Assembly (NCBI GenBank): GCA_963806855.1
Contig: CAWDYW010000003.1
Location: 128,001 to 192,000, forward strand
Direction of reading: 5' to 3'
DNA length: 64,000 nt
Source: an uncultured Verrucomicrobiae bacterium
GTDB taxonomy: Bacteria; Chlamydiota; Chlamydiia; Chlamydiales; Rhabdochlamydiaceae
The position numbers and the translations under genes were made by a program. Numbering within the stretch: position 1 is the first letter of the stretch; the number at the start of each line of letters is the position of its first letter. Positions 45,727-56,800 of this stretch are shown piece after piece. Under the pieces are notes generated by a model. That model saw nothing but the letters and a program-made list of their open reading frames with translations, was not told where the DNA came from and did not search any database.

Positions 45727-47106
45727 ATGACCCTTAGGAAAAGACTTTTTTTAAATGTCGGAGTGATTTTTCTCTTTGTCGCGATTTTGTCCTATGTGCT
45801 TCCCAGCATGATTGTCAATAAAGGGATGGCGAAAGGGGGGCAAGAGATCGAAACTTTTGTCCAAAAACAGGAAAAGAAGGTCAATAGCATCTTGACTAAT
45901 CTGCTGGCCGATAACTTTAGAGACCTCAAAGGGAAGGAGGGGGAGGAGGCCCTTTCCGATTTTCTCAAGCAAATTGCCCGCACCTCCCAAAAGACCATCG
46001 TCTTTCTTTTACACAACCAAACTCCCTATGCCTTTAATCCACAGGGAGAGCCAATCGATCCGAAGCTGGAGGGCTTTAACGTCGATGACCTGAAAGAGGA
46101 TAGTGGAAAAGTCACTTGGAGGGGGACCACCTATAACTATTTAAAATACCCCGTCGATTCGGGATGGAACAGCACTCTGGTCATCATCAATCCAGCTGAT
46201 CAAGCGTTTTCGGTTATCCCCCTCCTCAAAAAGATGGGGGCCTCGATTGGGCATCAGATTACCCTCAATATCTTGCTCTCCACTCTATTGATTTTTGCAG
46301 TCGCCTTATTGTTCCTCTCCCGCACCTCGAAAAAAATCACAGATCCGATCGTTGTGCTGGCCAAAGCGACCGCTGATGTTGAAAATGGCCATTACGATCA
46401 GGTCTCTCTGCCAGCCCTTGAGCAACGAAAAGATGAGATCGGGACCCTTTCCCATGGCTTTGAGAAGATGGTCACGGCATTAAAAGATCGGGAAAAAATT
46501 CGCGGCGTCTTGAGCAAAGTGGTCTCGAAAGAGATCGCAGCCGAAATCTTGCAGAGCAAAATCGAGCTCGGCGGCGAAGTGCGGATCGTCACGGTCCTTT
46601 TTATCGACGTGCGGGGCTTCACAAAAATCACTGAAAAGATGGAGCCAAGACAGGTCGTCCATATGATGAATAGCCATTTTAGCCAGATGTGTCGCATTGT
46701 CGACGCACAGGAGGGAGTGGTCGATAAATTTGTCGGCGATCTGGTCATGGTCCTCTACGGCGCGCCGATCGATAGGCCCGATAGTGCAAAAAGGGCTCTC
46801 ACCTCGGCGCTCCAGATGCGGCAGGCCTCTGCTCTTCCAGTTGGCATCGGGATTCATACAGGCGATATGGTCACAGGGAATATCGGGTCGGAGAATCGGT
46901 TGAACTATACCGTTTTGGGCGCCAACGTTAACCTCGCTTCCCGCCTCTGCTCGGCAGCAAAACCGATGCAAATTCTCATTTCTGAAGCGACTGTAAACTC
47001 TCCCGACATTAAAGAGAGCTTTGAATTTCAAGAACTTGCTCCAATTTCGTTCAAGGGTTTTGAGCAGCCCGTCAAGGTTTTTGAGCTGATCGATTTCAAA
47101 AAATGA
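45727..47106 (+). CDS. Membrane-bound class III adenylate cyclase with HAMP domain
   Basis: Two TM segments, HAMP (DEIGTL), LFIDVRGFT, DKFVGD, GIGIHTG and YTVLGANVNLASRL. Confidence 0.92.
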   Translation: MTLRKRLFLNVGVIFLFVAILSYVLPSMIVNKGMAKGGQEIETFVQKQEKKVNSILTNLLADNFRDLKGKEGEEALSDFLKQIARTSQKTIVFLLHNQTPYAFNPQGEPIDPKLEGFNVDDLKEDSGKVTWRGTTYNYLKYPVDSGWNSTLVIINPADQAFSVIPLLKKMGASIGHQITLNILLSTLLIFAVALLFLSRTSKKITDPIVVLAKATADVENGHYDQVSLPALEQRKDEIGTLSHGFEKMVTALKDREKIRGVLSKVVSKEIAAEILQSKIELGGEVRIVTVLFIDVRGFTKITEKMEPRQVVHMMNSHFSQMCRIVDAQEGVVDKFVGDLVMVLYGAPIDRPDSAKRALTSALQMRQASALPVGIGIHTGDMVTGNIGSENRLNYTVLGANVNLASRLCSAAKPMQILISEATVNSPDIKESFEFQELAPISFKGFEQPVKVFELIDFKK

Positions 47107-47173
47107 TTTAAAAAAAACCCTGCATAGGTTACTAAGAGGAATATGAAACTCAAACACCCTTAGGAGGGGAATT

Positions 47174-47380
47174 ATGAAATTAGTGAATCTTATTGCCAAC
47201 ATTTTGCTGATCATCGGCGGGATCAACTTAGGTCTGATTGGGCTTGCTCATTTTGACGTTATCGGAAAAATCCTTGCTCACAATATGGGAGCCATCCGTG
47301 TGCTCTACGTATTGATCGGGATCGCTGCAATCGTGAAAATTGTGATGCTCACTGCTTACAACAAAGCTCTAAAAAAATAG
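47174..47380 (+). CDS. DUF378 family small membrane protein
   Basis: LLIIGGINLGLIG...FDV...YVLIGIAA. Confidence 0.85.
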   Translation: MKLVNLIANILLIIGGINLGLIGLAHFDVIGKILAHNMGAIRVLYVLIGIAAIVKIVMLTAYNKALKK

Positions 47381-47387
47381 AGTCTAG

Positions 47388-47464
47388 TTCAACGCAAAGA
47401 CGCAAAGGCGCCAAGATGCAAAGAAATATTTTATGGTTTCTTTGCGACTTGGCGCCTTTGCGTT
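47388..47464. repeat. CGCAAAGR-repeat hairpin, possible bidirectional terminator
   Basis: TTCAACGCAAAGACGCAAAGGCGCCAAGATGCAAAGAAA / TTTCTTTGCGACTTGGCGCCTTTGCGTT, between convergent genes. Confidence 0.85.
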
Positions 47465-47473
47465 AAAACGGTC

Positions 47474-48268
47474 CTACCTCTGTAGAAGGAAGTGGACTGC
47501 TTTCTTTGCAGATGTCTCGGGGATTTCGTAATTGAACATATGCCCCATCTCTTTAAATACATGCAATTGTGAGTTTGGGATCGCTTGGCGCATTTGTTCT
47601 GCGCAGTAAAGGGGAGCGATTACGTCCATTTCGCCGGCAAGCAGAAGCACCTGATGAGGGATATCTTTCAGCTCATGGCGGAAATCGACCTTCAAAGCAT
47701 TTCCTTGATTCATCATCCCCTCTTGAGATTGAGGAAAGGGATTCATTTGATATTCGGTTAAAAACCGTTTGATATTTTCTGGGTTGCTCACAAAGGCATT
47801 GCTTAAGAGCCACCAGCAATTGAGCTCGGCCAGTAGCAATCTATCTATCCCATTTTGCAACAGTTTCATCCCCATTGCAAGATTGTAGAGGCTAACCGGA
47901 GGAAGAGCAGCAAACGGAGCGCACAGAATGGCCTTTTTGACCCGATCGCGATGATCAAGACAGAGCAGCTGCGTGATCAGCGTCCCCATCGATTCTCCCA
48001 TGAAATGGGCGCTTTCGATCTCCAGAGCATCGAGCAGGCCGATGATGTCTTCTGCAAACATCTTCGGATGATAGCCCCCTTCGGGAGTATCGCTTTGCCC
48101 GCATCCCCGATTATCAAAAACAATCACTTGAAAGTGCTGCGAAAGAATGGGGACCAGCGGCATCCAAATAAAATGGTCCATGGTAAATCCTGAGATGAGG
48201 ACGAGCGGCACGCCAGTGCCATGGATCTCATAGTACAGGTTGATGTCATTGGTTTTTACTATTGGCAT
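47474..48268 (-). CDS. Alpha/beta hydrolase (PcaD-like)
   Basis: FDNRGCGQS, GESMG and GHMF. Confidence 0.9.
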   Translation of the reverse strand: MPIVKTNDINLYYEIHGTGVPLVLISGFTMDHFIWMPLVPILSQHFQVIVFDNRGCGQSDTPEGGYHPKMFAEDIIGLLDALEIESAHFMGESMGTLITQLLCLDHRDRVKKAILCAPFAALPPVSLYNLAMGMKLLQNGIDRLLLAELNCWWLLSNAFVSNPENIKRFLTEYQMNPFPQSQEGMMNQGNALKVDFRHELKDIPHQVLLLAGEMDVIAPLYCAEQMRQAIPNSQLHVFKEMGHMFNYEIPETSAKKAVHFLLQR

Positions 48269-48365
48269 GACCTCTTTATATGAAATTCAATCAATTATTT
48301 AAAGTTGCTTCTATTTTTGCGAGGGGGTAGACTCATCGAGTCAGCAAACTTAAAGGATATTTTAT

Positions 48366-49070
48366 ATGCAAATCCAGTTCCCTTCTCATTCAACTGTCTC
48401 AGATTACTTATCCGTAAATGAAAATGTCGCTAGAATAGCTTTGCTAGGCGGAATAACAGCGGTAGCAGTTGCTATAATAGTTAGGAGCTGCAGTCGCGCA
48501 AATGTTCGCCCTATAAAAGTTGCGCCCGGTCCGATAGATAATGACACATACACCAAATCTCTCCTTCAAAATCAACGGCCCAAACTTTCATCAACTCCTA
48601 CAAATGATTATCTCTCAGAATGTGCATTCCCCCATTTAAATATTCGAGATCTAAAAGAACCAATTAAGGCCTATTTAGAAAACCCAGCTCGATTTGACAA
48701 GGCCGTAATTGAATTTACCATTTTGTATTTTGAGTTATCGAGTAGCACGCGTAATTCGTTCGATGTTCACCCACGATTCTCCATAGAAGGAGAAGAGGGT
48801 AAAATTGGAATTGAATTTGAGGCTAAAAAGCTCAGTGCAGTGAAAGAAGCTCCAGTAGAAACAGCAGGACTTTTACTCCGCACTCATTACGACGGGTCAC
48901 TCCTTCAGCAGATTGAACCAGTCGCGCACATGTTCCCCCATCACAAAGATCTTATTGTTGCAACGGTGCGCCACAGATATCCCAATGGGGCCATAGATGG
49001 TTGGGAGCTCAAAGAATACAACGAAAACCTGGCGCACGCTCTTTCGAATTTAGTCGCGAAAGCTAATTAA
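48366..49070 (+). CDS. Orphan protein with a single N-terminal TM segment
   Basis: 234-aa ORF with AAGGA RBS filling the gap before dnaJ. Confidence 0.6.
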   Translation: MQIQFPSHSTVSDYLSVNENVARIALLGGITAVAVAIIVRSCSRANVRPIKVAPGPIDNDTYTKSLLQNQRPKLSSTPTNDYLSECAFPHLNIRDLKEPIKAYLENPARFDKAVIEFTILYFELSSSTRNSFDVHPRFSIEGEEGKIGIEFEAKKLSAVKEAPVETAGLLLRTHYDGSLLQQIEPVAHMFPHHKDLIVATVRHRYPNGAIDGWELKEYNENLAHALSNLVAKAN

Positions 49071-50232
49071 AGAAGCTCTTCAATTTGTCGAAGAAGGTGC
49101 GTGAGCGAGGGGAGTTGTGGCTTCCCTCAAGCTGGGCAAACTCTTTCAGCAACTCTTTTTGCTTTTCGCTTAGGCCAACCGGAGTTTCGATCACTACTTT
49201 GACCAGCAGATCGCCTTTGCCGTTGCCATGTACATTAGGGGCCCCTTCACCGCGGACACGGAAGATTTTGTCGCTTTGGGTCCCTTCCGGGATCACAATG
49301 CGCGCATTGCCGCCCGTTGGGGTGGGAAACTCTTTTTTGACGCCGAGGGCAGCTTCGGAGAAGGTGATCGGCAGCTCAACGCGGATGTCATCGCCATCGC
49401 GCTCGAAGAGTTCGTGGGATTGAACAGAGATATAAACGTAGAGATCGCCTGGTGGGCCGCCCCCTTCGCCTGCATCGCCGTAGCCAGCCATCCGTAGGCG
49501 CATTCCATTATCAACGCCAGGGGGGATCTTGATCTGGATTTGCTGTCTTTTCTTCTCTCTGCCAGTGCCACGACAGCTAAGGCAAGGATCGGTAATCCGC
49601 TTTCCCTGTCCATGGCAGCTGGGGCAGATGGTGGTCATGCTGAAAAAACCGCGGGTCTGATTGATTTGGCCAGCGCCGCCGCACTGAGAACAGGTCTTGA
49701 TTGCTTTTGGGTTTGCCGCGCCAGAGCCATCGCAGGTCGGACAATTGATATAATTAGTGATCGCCGCCTCTTTTTCTGTTCCTCGGATCGCCTCTTCGAA
49801 AGAGATGGAGAGGTTCATTTTTTTAGAAGCGCCTTGTCGTATGCCAGCAGTTGAAGGATCGGAATCAAATCCGAAGAAAGAATCGAAAATGGACTCATGG
49901 CCGCCGCTTCCGCTGCCACCACCACCACCGCCGCCAAATGCGCCCATGAAAGTACGCAGAGCTTCTTCCATAGAGGAGAACCCGCCGGCACCAGGACCAG
50001 CGCCCATGCCCGCTTTGAAAGCGTCGGGGCCATATTGGTCATACATGCGACGTTTTTGATCGTCGCTTAAGACTTCATAGGCTTCAGAAATCTCTTTGAA
50101 TTTCTTTTCAGCTTCTTTGTCGCCTGGATTTTTGTCAGGATGGTACTTAAGAGCCTGCTTTCGATAAGCTTTTTTAATCTCATCTTGCGCGGCTCCCTTA
50201 GTTATACCCAGGGTGCTGTAATAGTCGCTCAT
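49063..50232 (-). CDS. dnaJ: Chaperone DnaJ
   Basis: MSDYY start, HPD motif, G/F region and four CxxCxGxG repeats. Confidence 0.98.
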   Translation of the reverse strand: MSDYYSTLGITKGAAQDEIKKAYRKQALKYHPDKNPGDKEAEKKFKEISEAYEVLSDDQKRRMYDQYGPDAFKAGMGAGPGAGGFSSMEEALRTFMGAFGGGGGGGSGSGGHESIFDSFFGFDSDPSTAGIRQGASKKMNLSISFEEAIRGTEKEAAITNYINCPTCDGSGAANPKAIKTCSQCGGAGQINQTRGFFSMTTICPSCHGQGKRITDPCLSCRGTGREKKRQQIQIKIPPGVDNGMRLRMAGYGDAGEGGGPPGDLYVYISVQSHELFERDGDDIRVELPITFSEAALGVKKEFPTPTGGNARIVIPEGTQSDKIFRVRGEGAPNVHGNGKGDLLVKVVIETPVGLSEKQKELLKEFAQLEGSHNSPRSRTFFDKLKSFFN

Positions 50233-50237
50233 AATAA

Positions 50238-50408
50238 AGACCTCTTGCATCACTTAGATTCTGTCGATTTTCGGGTTCTTTTGAGCCGATTTTCGATTTA
50301 AATTTGGGGGGTAATATCAGCCTCTCGCATATGACCCCCCGAATTTGAATCGAAAATCGGCCAAAATAATCCCGAAAATCGACGAATCCTAAGTGATGCA
50401 AGAGGTCT
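50238..50408. mobile_element. 171-bp palindromic element (family B core, different termini)
   Basis: Terminal IR AGACCTCTTGCATCACTTAG/CTAAGTGATGCAAGAGGTCT. The core is the reverse complement of the 43934 core, with few changes. Confidence 0.92.
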
Positions 50409-50414
50409 AAAAGG

Positions 50415-50600
50415 CTAATAGGGAGTCTTCTTCTTGTGCTTGAGCGCGGCTTTAGCTTTTGCCCGGCTCTTGATAGAAGGTTTGTCATAGTAACGGTGAG
50501 CTTTTGCCGCTTTCATGATCCCTTCTTTATCAAGTTTCTTTTTAAGAATGCGAAGAGCTTTTTCGATTGAATCACCGGCTCGGACTTTAACACTTGACAT
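50415..50600 (-). CDS. rpsU: 30S ribosomal protein S21
   Basis: [19 protein letters not shown]...YYDKPS. Confidence 0.95.
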   Translation of the reverse strand: MSSVKVRAGDSIEKALRILKKKLDKEGIMKAAKAHRYYDKPSIKSRAKAKAALKHKKKTPY

Positions 50601-50686
50601 CTACGTCGATTTCCTTGGAGTTGAAGTTAATGGTTTTGCATTTCATTTTAATGATCCGCCCGATATTTTTCAATATAATCCCATCC

Positions 50687-50769
50687 CGTGCCCGTGTGCG
50701 TGCCCGTGCCCGTGCCCGAAATAATTCGTTTCGGGCACGGGCACGGGCACGGGCACGCACACGGGCACG
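50687..50769. repeat. Hairpin built from CCCGTG/CACGGG hexamer tandem repeats
   Basis: CGTGCCCGTGTGCGTGCCCGTGCCCGTGCCCGAAA / TTTCGGGCACGGGCACGGGCACGGGCACGCACACGGGCACG. Confidence 0.9.
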
Positions 50770-50775
50770 AAAAAA

Positions 50776-51333
50776 TTACCGGAGATAGGTGAGTTCGAGC
50801 GAGGCAATATTAGAAAAATTTTTTTGAAGAAACCGGTTTTGTACCTCGATGGCAACTAGGTCTAAATTAGGCTCGGGATCCAAATAGCCAGGCCCAACAA
50901 TAAAATCCTTTTCCCCAATCTGAAGCTCATCGGGGGTCATCAATTGGGGGCTCGAAATTTGCCGACTTCCCGTATCCCCTGTCAATACATAGAGCTGGCC
51001 CATTTTCGCATCGCCGATAAAGGCAAAGCTCCCAGCCTGATTTTTGGGGAGGAAGGCCAGGGGCGAGACAAATTCGATCAGGGGGAGGTTCGCGGCGAAG
51101 GCGAGGGTCTTGGCAATGGTGGCGCCGGTGCGTATGCCCATATAAGAGCCGGGCCCGACTCCGACGGCGATGTAATCTAAATCTTTTATTTTGCAGAATG
51201 TTTCCAGCGCGGGGAAGAGGGTAGCCGAAAGATTTTTGGCCCCTTCGATCAGAACCATTTTTTCTACTATGCCGCCTTGGATGAGTCCCAAAATAGCAGG
51301 ATCGCGACTGGTATCAATTATTAATCCTTTCAT
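50776..51333 (-). CDS. tsaB: tRNA threonylcarbamoyladenosine biosynthesis protein TsaB
   Basis: IIDTS, VGVGPGSYMGIRTG and DAKMG. Confidence 0.93.
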   Translation of the reverse strand: MKGLIIDTSRDPAILGLIQGGIVEKMVLIEGAKNLSATLFPALETFCKIKDLDYIAVGVGPGSYMGIRTGATIAKTLAFAANLPLIEFVSPLAFLPKNQAGSFAFIGDAKMGQLYVLTGDTGSRQISSPQLMTPDELQIGEKDFIVGPGYLDPEPNLDLVAIEVQNRFLQKNFSNIASLELTYLR

Positions 51334-51394
51334 GGTATAACAGCATACCAGATTGCACTATTTTTCCCGAGTTGTTAGACTCGTGAAATTCCTT

Positions 51395-53860
51395 ATGAGT
51401 AAAAAGAAAGATTTTAAAGAAGAAACCCTTGAAGAGGCTGTCAAAAAGACGGTCGGCGGAGAGGCGAAAGTAAAGCCCATTACAGAGGATCCTGAAGAGC
51501 TAACGCTCGTTCCGCTGTCGCGCCGCCCCTTTTTCCCGGGGATGGCCGCGCCGCTCATTATCGAGCCGGGGGTCTACTACGAGACGCTCAAGCAGGTGGC
51601 GGCGACCGATCACAAGACGATGGGGCTATTCCTCACTAAGCAGGAAGAGGCCAACATCTATGAGCTCAAGATCGACGACTTCTACAAGGTAGGCGTTTCG
51701 GCCAAAATTTTGCGCATCATCCCGATGGAACAGGGGGGCGCGCAGGTTATCCTCAACATGGAGAAGCGGATCTCGATCCGAAAGGCTGGCAAGAAGGGGA
51801 AATTTCTCTCTGCGAAGGTCGTTTATCATGAAGATCCGCCAGCTCGAGGCCTCTCGAAAGAGGTGAAGGCCTACTCGATCAGCATCATCAGCACGATTAA
51901 GGACCTGCTCAAGCTCAATCCACTTTTCAAAGAGGAGCTGCAAGTCTTCTTGGGCCACTCCGATTTCACCGACCCAGGAAAATTGGCCGACTTCGCCGTG
52001 GCCTTGACGACGGCGTCGAGGGAAGACCTGCAAGGGGTATTAGAGGCTTTTGATCTCAATGACCGGATCAGCCGCGCACTGGTGCTCTTGAAGCAAGAGC
52101 TCGATCTGTCGAAATTGCAGAGCAGCATCAACCAGAAGATCGAAGCGACCGTTTCGAAGACGCAGCGGGAATTTTTCTTGCGCGAGCAGCTCAAGACGAT
52201 CAAGAAAGAGCTTGGACTGGAAAAGGACGACAAGAGTCTCGACTTGGAGAAATTCGAAGAGAGGCTGAATGCTCGCAAAGTGCCAGAACCTGTGATGAAG
52301 GTGATCTCCGATGAGATGGAAAAATTGTCGGTCCTCGAAGTGCAGTCGTCCGAATATGCAGTCAGCCGCAACTACTTAGATTGGCTGACGATAATCCCTT
52401 GGGGCATTTTTAGTGGGGGAATCGGTTCAGATAAGGAGCACAACCTTAAAATTGCAGAAAAAGTTCTGAAAGACGACCACTATGGCCTAGACGACATCAA
52501 AGAGCGGATTTTGGAATTCATCGCCGTCGGTAAACTCTCAGGTGGCATGAAGGGAAGCATCATCGGATTGATTGGGCCGCCAGGGGTTGGAAAGACAAGC
52601 ATCGGCAAGAGCATCGCTCGGGCGCTTGATCGAAAGTTTTACCGCTTTTCGGTCGGTGGGATGCGCGATGAGGCTGAGATCAAAGGGCACCGGCGCACCT
52701 ACATCGGGGCGATGCCAGGCAAAATCGTCCAAGCGCTAAAAGCTACTGAAGTGATGAATCCCGTGATCATGCTCGACGAAGTCGATAAAATCGGCTCGAG
52801 CTTTCAAGGGGATCCTGCTTCTGCACTGCTCGAAGTGCTCGATCCAGAACAAAACGTCGACTTCCTCGACCACTATCTAGATGTGCGAGTCGATCTCTCG
52901 AATGTCTTATTCATTTTGACAGCCAATGTCATCGAAGGGATCCCTGAGCCGCTGCGCGACCGGATGGAAATTTTGCGTCTATCGGGCTACATCCAAGAAG
53001 AGAAAGTGCAGATCGCCAAGAAGTACCTCATCCCACGTAACCGAACCAAAATGGGATTAAAAGCCTCCGACATTACCTTCAACATCGATGCGCTCAAGCA
53101 GATCATCAATGGCTATGCGCGTGAAGCGGGCGTCCGCAATTTGGAAAACCATATCAAGAAGATCATGCGTAAAGTGGCGATGAAAATCGTCAAAGAAGAG
53201 GAGCGCGGCAAGAAGTTCAAAGGGGTCACCATCAAAGAGGCTCTCCTCAAAGACTATTTGGGCAAGCCGGTCTTCACGAGCGACCGCTTCTATGAGAAGA
53301 CGCCGATCGGTGTCGCGATGGGACTCGCTTGGACAGCAATGGGAGGGGCCACCCTCTACATCGAAGTGGTCCAGGTGCCAGCAGAAAAGCCGGTCTTACT
53401 ACTGACCGGGCAAATGGGCGATGTGATGAAGGAGTCGTGCCAAATCGCATGGAACTACGTCCATAGCTCCATGAGCCGGTTCGCTCCCAATTTCTCCTTC
53501 TTTGATCGGAGTCAAGTACACCTCCATATTCCTGAAGGGGCGACACCCAAAGATGGACCATCAGCCGGTATTACCATTGCGACGGCCCTCTTTTCGCTCC
53601 TGATGAAGCAGCCAATCAAAAACGACCTCGGGATGACTGGAGAGCTCACCTTGACTGGAAAAGTCCTTCCGATCGGAGGGGTTAAAGAAAAAGTGATCGC
53701 CGCCCGCCGTTCCAAACTAAACACCCTGATTTTCCCCAAAGACAATCAGAGAGATGTCGAAGAACTCGCCCCCTACCTGAAAAAGGGCTTTCTATTCCAT
53801 TTTGTCGAATACTACGAGGAGGTTTTCCATGTTGCTTTCGGAAAAGGCAAAAACATTTAG
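51395..53860 (+). CDS. lon: Lon protease
   Basis: [28 protein letters not shown] and IGGVKEK. Confidence 0.98.
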   Translation: MSKKKDFKEETLEEAVKKTVGGEAKVKPITEDPEELTLVPLSRRPFFPGMAAPLIIEPGVYYETLKQVAATDHKTMGLFLTKQEEANIYELKIDDFYKVGVSAKILRIIPMEQGGAQVILNMEKRISIRKAGKKGKFLSAKVVYHEDPPARGLSKEVKAYSISIISTIKDLLKLNPLFKEELQVFLGHSDFTDPGKLADFAVALTTASREDLQGVLEAFDLNDRISRALVLLKQELDLSKLQSSINQKIEATVSKTQREFFLREQLKTIKKELGLEKDDKSLDLEKFEERLNARKVPEPVMKVISDEMEKLSVLEVQSSEYAVSRNYLDWLTIIPWGIFSGGIGSDKEHNLKIAEKVLKDDHYGLDDIKERILEFIAVGKLSGGMKGSIIGLIGPPGVGKTSIGKSIARALDRKFYRFSVGGMRDEAEIKGHRRTYIGAMPGKIVQALKATEVMNPVIMLDEVDKIGSSFQGDPASALLEVLDPEQNVDFLDHYLDVRVDLSNVLFILTANVIEGIPEPLRDRMEILRLSGYIQEEKVQIAKKYLIPRNRTKMGLKASDITFNIDALKQIINGYAREAGVRNLENHIKKIMRKVAMKIVKEEERGKKFKGVTIKEALLKDYLGKPVFTSDRFYEKTPIGVAMGLAWTAMGGATLYIEVVQVPAEKPVLLLTGQMGDVMKESCQIAWNYVHSSMSRFAPNFSFFDRSQVHLHIPEGATPKDGPSAGITIATALFSLLMKQPIKNDLGMTGELTLTGKVLPIGGVKEKVIAARRSKLNTLIFPKDNQRDVEELAPYLKKGFLFHFVEYYEEVFHVAFGKGKNI

Positions 53861-54344
53861 AGAATCGATCGGCAATAAACTGGTCCACCCTGATCAGCTT
53901 AGGACCGTATGCGAGCAGCTTCGTAGAGAGGGAAAATCGATCGTTACACTGAATGGAAGCTTCGATCTGTTGCATCCAGGTCACTTAGAGATGATCCACC
54001 AAGCCTCTTGCCAAGGAGATGTGCTCCTGATGCTCCTCAATACCGACGCGTCGATCAAAGGGTACAAGAGCTTGGATAGACCGATTAACCCCCTTGAAGT
54101 GCGTCTACAGCACATTGCCGCCCTGCAGATGGTCGATTACGTCAGCTGGTTTAGCGAGCTCGACCCGATCAAAATCCTCGGCGTTATCAAGCCTGATGTG
54201 CACTGCAACGGCAGCGAATATGGAGAGAACTGCATCGAGGCGCCTGTCGTCAAAGAAAATGGGGGGAGAATCCACATCATCCAGCTGATCGGAGGCTACT
54301 CCTCAACCAACATGATCAAAAAAATCCAGAGTTTATGCGATTAA
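53829..54344 (+). CDS. Heptose 1-phosphate adenylyltransferase-like (RfaE domain II) nucleotidyltransferase
   Basis: NGSFDLLHPGH, LNTDASI, RPIN and YSST. Confidence 0.88.
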   Translation: MLLSEKAKTFRESIGNKLVHPDQLRTVCEQLRREGKSIVTLNGSFDLLHPGHLEMIHQASCQGDVLLMLLNTDASIKGYKSLDRPINPLEVRLQHIAALQMVDYVSWFSELDPIKILGVIKPDVHCNGSEYGENCIEAPVVKENGGRIHIIQLIGGYSSTNMIKKIQSLCD

Positions 54345-55492
54345 TCGGCAACGTCAAAAACGAAAAGCAAGCCTTCCTCTTCTACTCCTTCCTGCTAGGA
54401 GAGGGGATCCATTGCACCTACGAGATCGATAAAGCCGAGCAAAAAAATGTGGTCCTCATTTGGGTCTACGAAGAGGATCAGATCGAGCGGGCCGAGGCCT
54501 ATCTTGAAGAGTTCAGAGCCAACCCAAACGATCCCAAATTCACCAAAGTCGAATTCCCCGACGCTCCTCCTGTGCCACCCGACCATATCGCTGAGCCGAA
54601 GAAACCCCAAACCCCAGAAAAACCCTCCTGGAAAGACCATCCCCGCAAGATCAAGAAGCACCCGATCACTTCACTGGTTTTGCTCGTTTGCATCTTCCTC
54701 TATATGGTCACCCTCACCCAGGAAGTGCAAATGGTGCAAGCTGACGGAGAACTGGCCATTGAACTGGGCATGACCCCGATTCAGCAAGAACTGATGTTCG
54801 ATTATCCTGCCTCCAATCAAAAAATCGATCAGCTGCTGCAGCAATATCCCCTGAAAGGCTACAAAACCTTCGATGAGATCCCTCCATCGGTAAAGAAAGC
54901 TTTTGAAGAGGCGAAGAATATCCCCACCTGGCAAGGGATCATGACCCGCATCCTCTACAAATTCAAAAAAATCCCGCCGCCCGCCTCCATCGATGGACCG
55001 ATGTTTGGCAAAATCCGAGAAGGAGAGTATTGGCGACTCTTTACCCCCGTTCTGCTCCACGGCAGCATCCTGCACATCCTCTTCAACATGATTTGGGTCT
55101 GGATCCTTCTCCCTCCGATCGAAGCGCGTTTACCCAAATGGAAAATCGCCCTCCTGATCCTCATCACCGGCGTGGTCCCCTGCGTCGCCCAATATCTCGT
55201 CAGCGGCCCTTACTTTCTCGGCTTTTCGGGCATCGTCGTCGGCCTCGTCGGCTTTATCTGGGTGCGCCAAAAAGTGGCCCCCTGGGAAGGCTATCCATTG
55301 CAAAAACTGACCATCATCTTCGTCCTCGTCTACGTCGCCTCCCTCTTCGGCCTCGAGATCTTTTCACTGATTAAAAACGTCATTTCGACCTCCACCTCCA
55401 CCGTCACTATCGCCAACACCGCCCACATCGTCGGTGGCCTGATCGGCATGCTGCTCGGCGCCCTTCCCTTCTTTTCCAGAGGGACAAAATGA
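54335..55492 (+). CDS. Rhomboid intramembrane serine protease
   Basis: [20 protein letters not shown] and ANTAHIVG. Confidence 0.92.
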   Translation: MRLIGNVKNEKQAFLFYSFLLGEGIHCTYEIDKAEQKNVVLIWVYEEDQIERAEAYLEEFRANPNDPKFTKVEFPDAPPVPPDHIAEPKKPQTPEKPSWKDHPRKIKKHPITSLVLLVCIFLYMVTLTQEVQMVQADGELAIELGMTPIQQELMFDYPASNQKIDQLLQQYPLKGYKTFDEIPPSVKKAFEEAKNIPTWQGIMTRILYKFKKIPPPASIDGPMFGKIREGEYWRLFTPVLLHGSILHILFNMIWVWILLPPIEARLPKWKIALLILITGVVPCVAQYLVSGPYFLGFSGIVVGLVGFIWVRQKVAPWEGYPLQKLTIIFVLVYVASLFGLEIFSLIKNVISTSTSTVTIANTAHIVGGLIGMLLGALPFFSRGTK

Positions 55493-56394
55493 CCGTGCGC
55501 GACCTCATCATCCTCGGCTGCTCCTCCCAGCAGCCCACACGCAGACGGAACCACGGCGCCTACCTGCTCCGCTGGAATGAAGAGGGACTCCTCTTCGACC
55601 CCGGGGAAGGGACCCAAAGACAATTCATCTACGCCAACGTCGCCCCACCGACAGTCAACCGGATCTTCGTCAGTCATTTCCACGGTGACCACTGCCTTGG
55701 CCTCGGCTCGATGCTGATGCGCCTCAACCTCGACAAAGTGACCCATCCGATCCATTGCTATTACCCCGCCTCTGGCAAAAAGTACTTTGACCGGCTCCGC
55801 TACGGCACCATCTACCATGAGACCATCGAAGTGATCGAGCATCCCATCTCCGAAGAGGGCCTCGTCCACGATGATGGGAAGTTCCAAATCGAAGCCTACG
55901 CCCTCAAGCACGGCGTCGACAACTTCGGCTACCGCATCAAAGAGCCCGACGTCCGCAAATTTGATAAAGAAAAGCTCGATGCCTTCGGCGTCAAAGGACC
56001 CCTCGTCCGAGATCTCAATGAGCATGGGCACCTGATCATCAACGGCAAAACAATCACACTCGACGATGTGAGCCACGTCCGGATCGGCGATGTCTTCGCC
56101 ATCGTCATCGACACCCTCCCTTGCCCAGGGGCCATCAAAACCGCCAAAGGAGCCAAGATGCTCGTTTGCGAAGCCACTTATACCGAAGAGCACAGAGATT
56201 TAGCGAAAAGTTACCGGCACATGACCGCCAAGCAGGCCGCCATCATTGCCAAAGAGGCGGGCGTCCAGCACCTCATCCTTACCCACTTCTCAGCCCGCTA
56301 CCTAGATCTCAAAGGCCACCTGGAAGAGGCCCGCGCCATCTTCCCCAACACCGACGTAGCTGATGATCTCAAAGTGTTTGAGTTCCCTCGATAA
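55489..56394 (+). CDS. rnz: Ribonuclease Z
   Basis: [24 protein letters not shown] and THFSARY. Confidence 0.96.
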   Translation: MTVRDLIILGCSSQQPTRRRNHGAYLLRWNEEGLLFDPGEGTQRQFIYANVAPPTVNRIFVSHFHGDHCLGLGSMLMRLNLDKVTHPIHCYYPASGKKYFDRLRYGTIYHETIEVIEHPISEEGLVHDDGKFQIEAYALKHGVDNFGYRIKEPDVRKFDKEKLDAFGVKGPLVRDLNEHGHLIINGKTITLDDVSHVRIGDVFAIVIDTLPCPGAIKTAKGAKMLVCEATYTEEHRDLAKSYRHMTAKQAAIIAKEAGVQHLILTHFSARYLDLKGHLEEARAIFPNTDVADDLKVFEFPR

Positions 56395-56415
56395 ATTGAT
56401 AGTAAGAGGAAAGAG

Positions 56416-56757
56416 ATGGATATTAAAAAAATTTTAGAGACCCATAAGAAGTTCACATATGAGCGGAACTTCGATCAGTTTCAAACTCCAAAGAATTTGG
56501 CGATGGCCCTGTCGGTGGAGGCGGCCGAACTCATGGAAATTTTGATGTGGCTGTCGGAGAAGCAGACGATCGAGCTCAATGGAGAGCGGTTGAAGGCTGC
56601 CGAAGAGGAGCTGGCCGATATCTTTATCTATCTAGTGCGGCTGGCCGATGTCCTTGGCATTGATCTGATTGAAGCAGCTTCGAAAAAAATGGAAAAGAAT
56701 TTCGCGAAGCACTCGATCGAAAAGGGATTGGCGCTTGCAAAAACTTTGTTAGAATGA
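56416..56757 (+). CDS. MazG-like nucleotide pyrophosphohydrolase
   Basis: PKNLAMALSVEAAEL...EELADIFIYL. Confidence 0.9.
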   Translation: MDIKKILETHKKFTYERNFDQFQTPKNLAMALSVEAAELMEILMWLSEKQTIELNGERLKAAEEELADIFIYLVRLADVLGIDLIEAASKKMEKNFAKHSIEKGLALAKTLLE

Positions 56758-56786
56758 TGGAGAAGAAGAGAGAGTCTTCTTCTCCA
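56758..56786. terminator. Hairpin between convergent genes
   Basis: 12-bp stem TGGAGAAGAAGA/TCTTCTTCTCCA. Confidence 0.65.
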
Positions 56787-56800
56787 ACTCAAAAAATTTC

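Noticed and set aside
49900..49935. GGC/GGT repeat in dnaJ
   Set aside because: It encodes the normal Gly-rich linker of DnaJ.
50594..50855. ORFs with RARARA, HGHGHG or CPCPCP runs
   Set aside because: They are translations of the hexamer-repeat hairpin.
55330..56193. 287-aa antisense ORF and similar shadow ORFs (e.g. 46480..47226, 40246..40890)
   Set aside because: They lie opposite well-supported genes with biased third positions and show no motifs.
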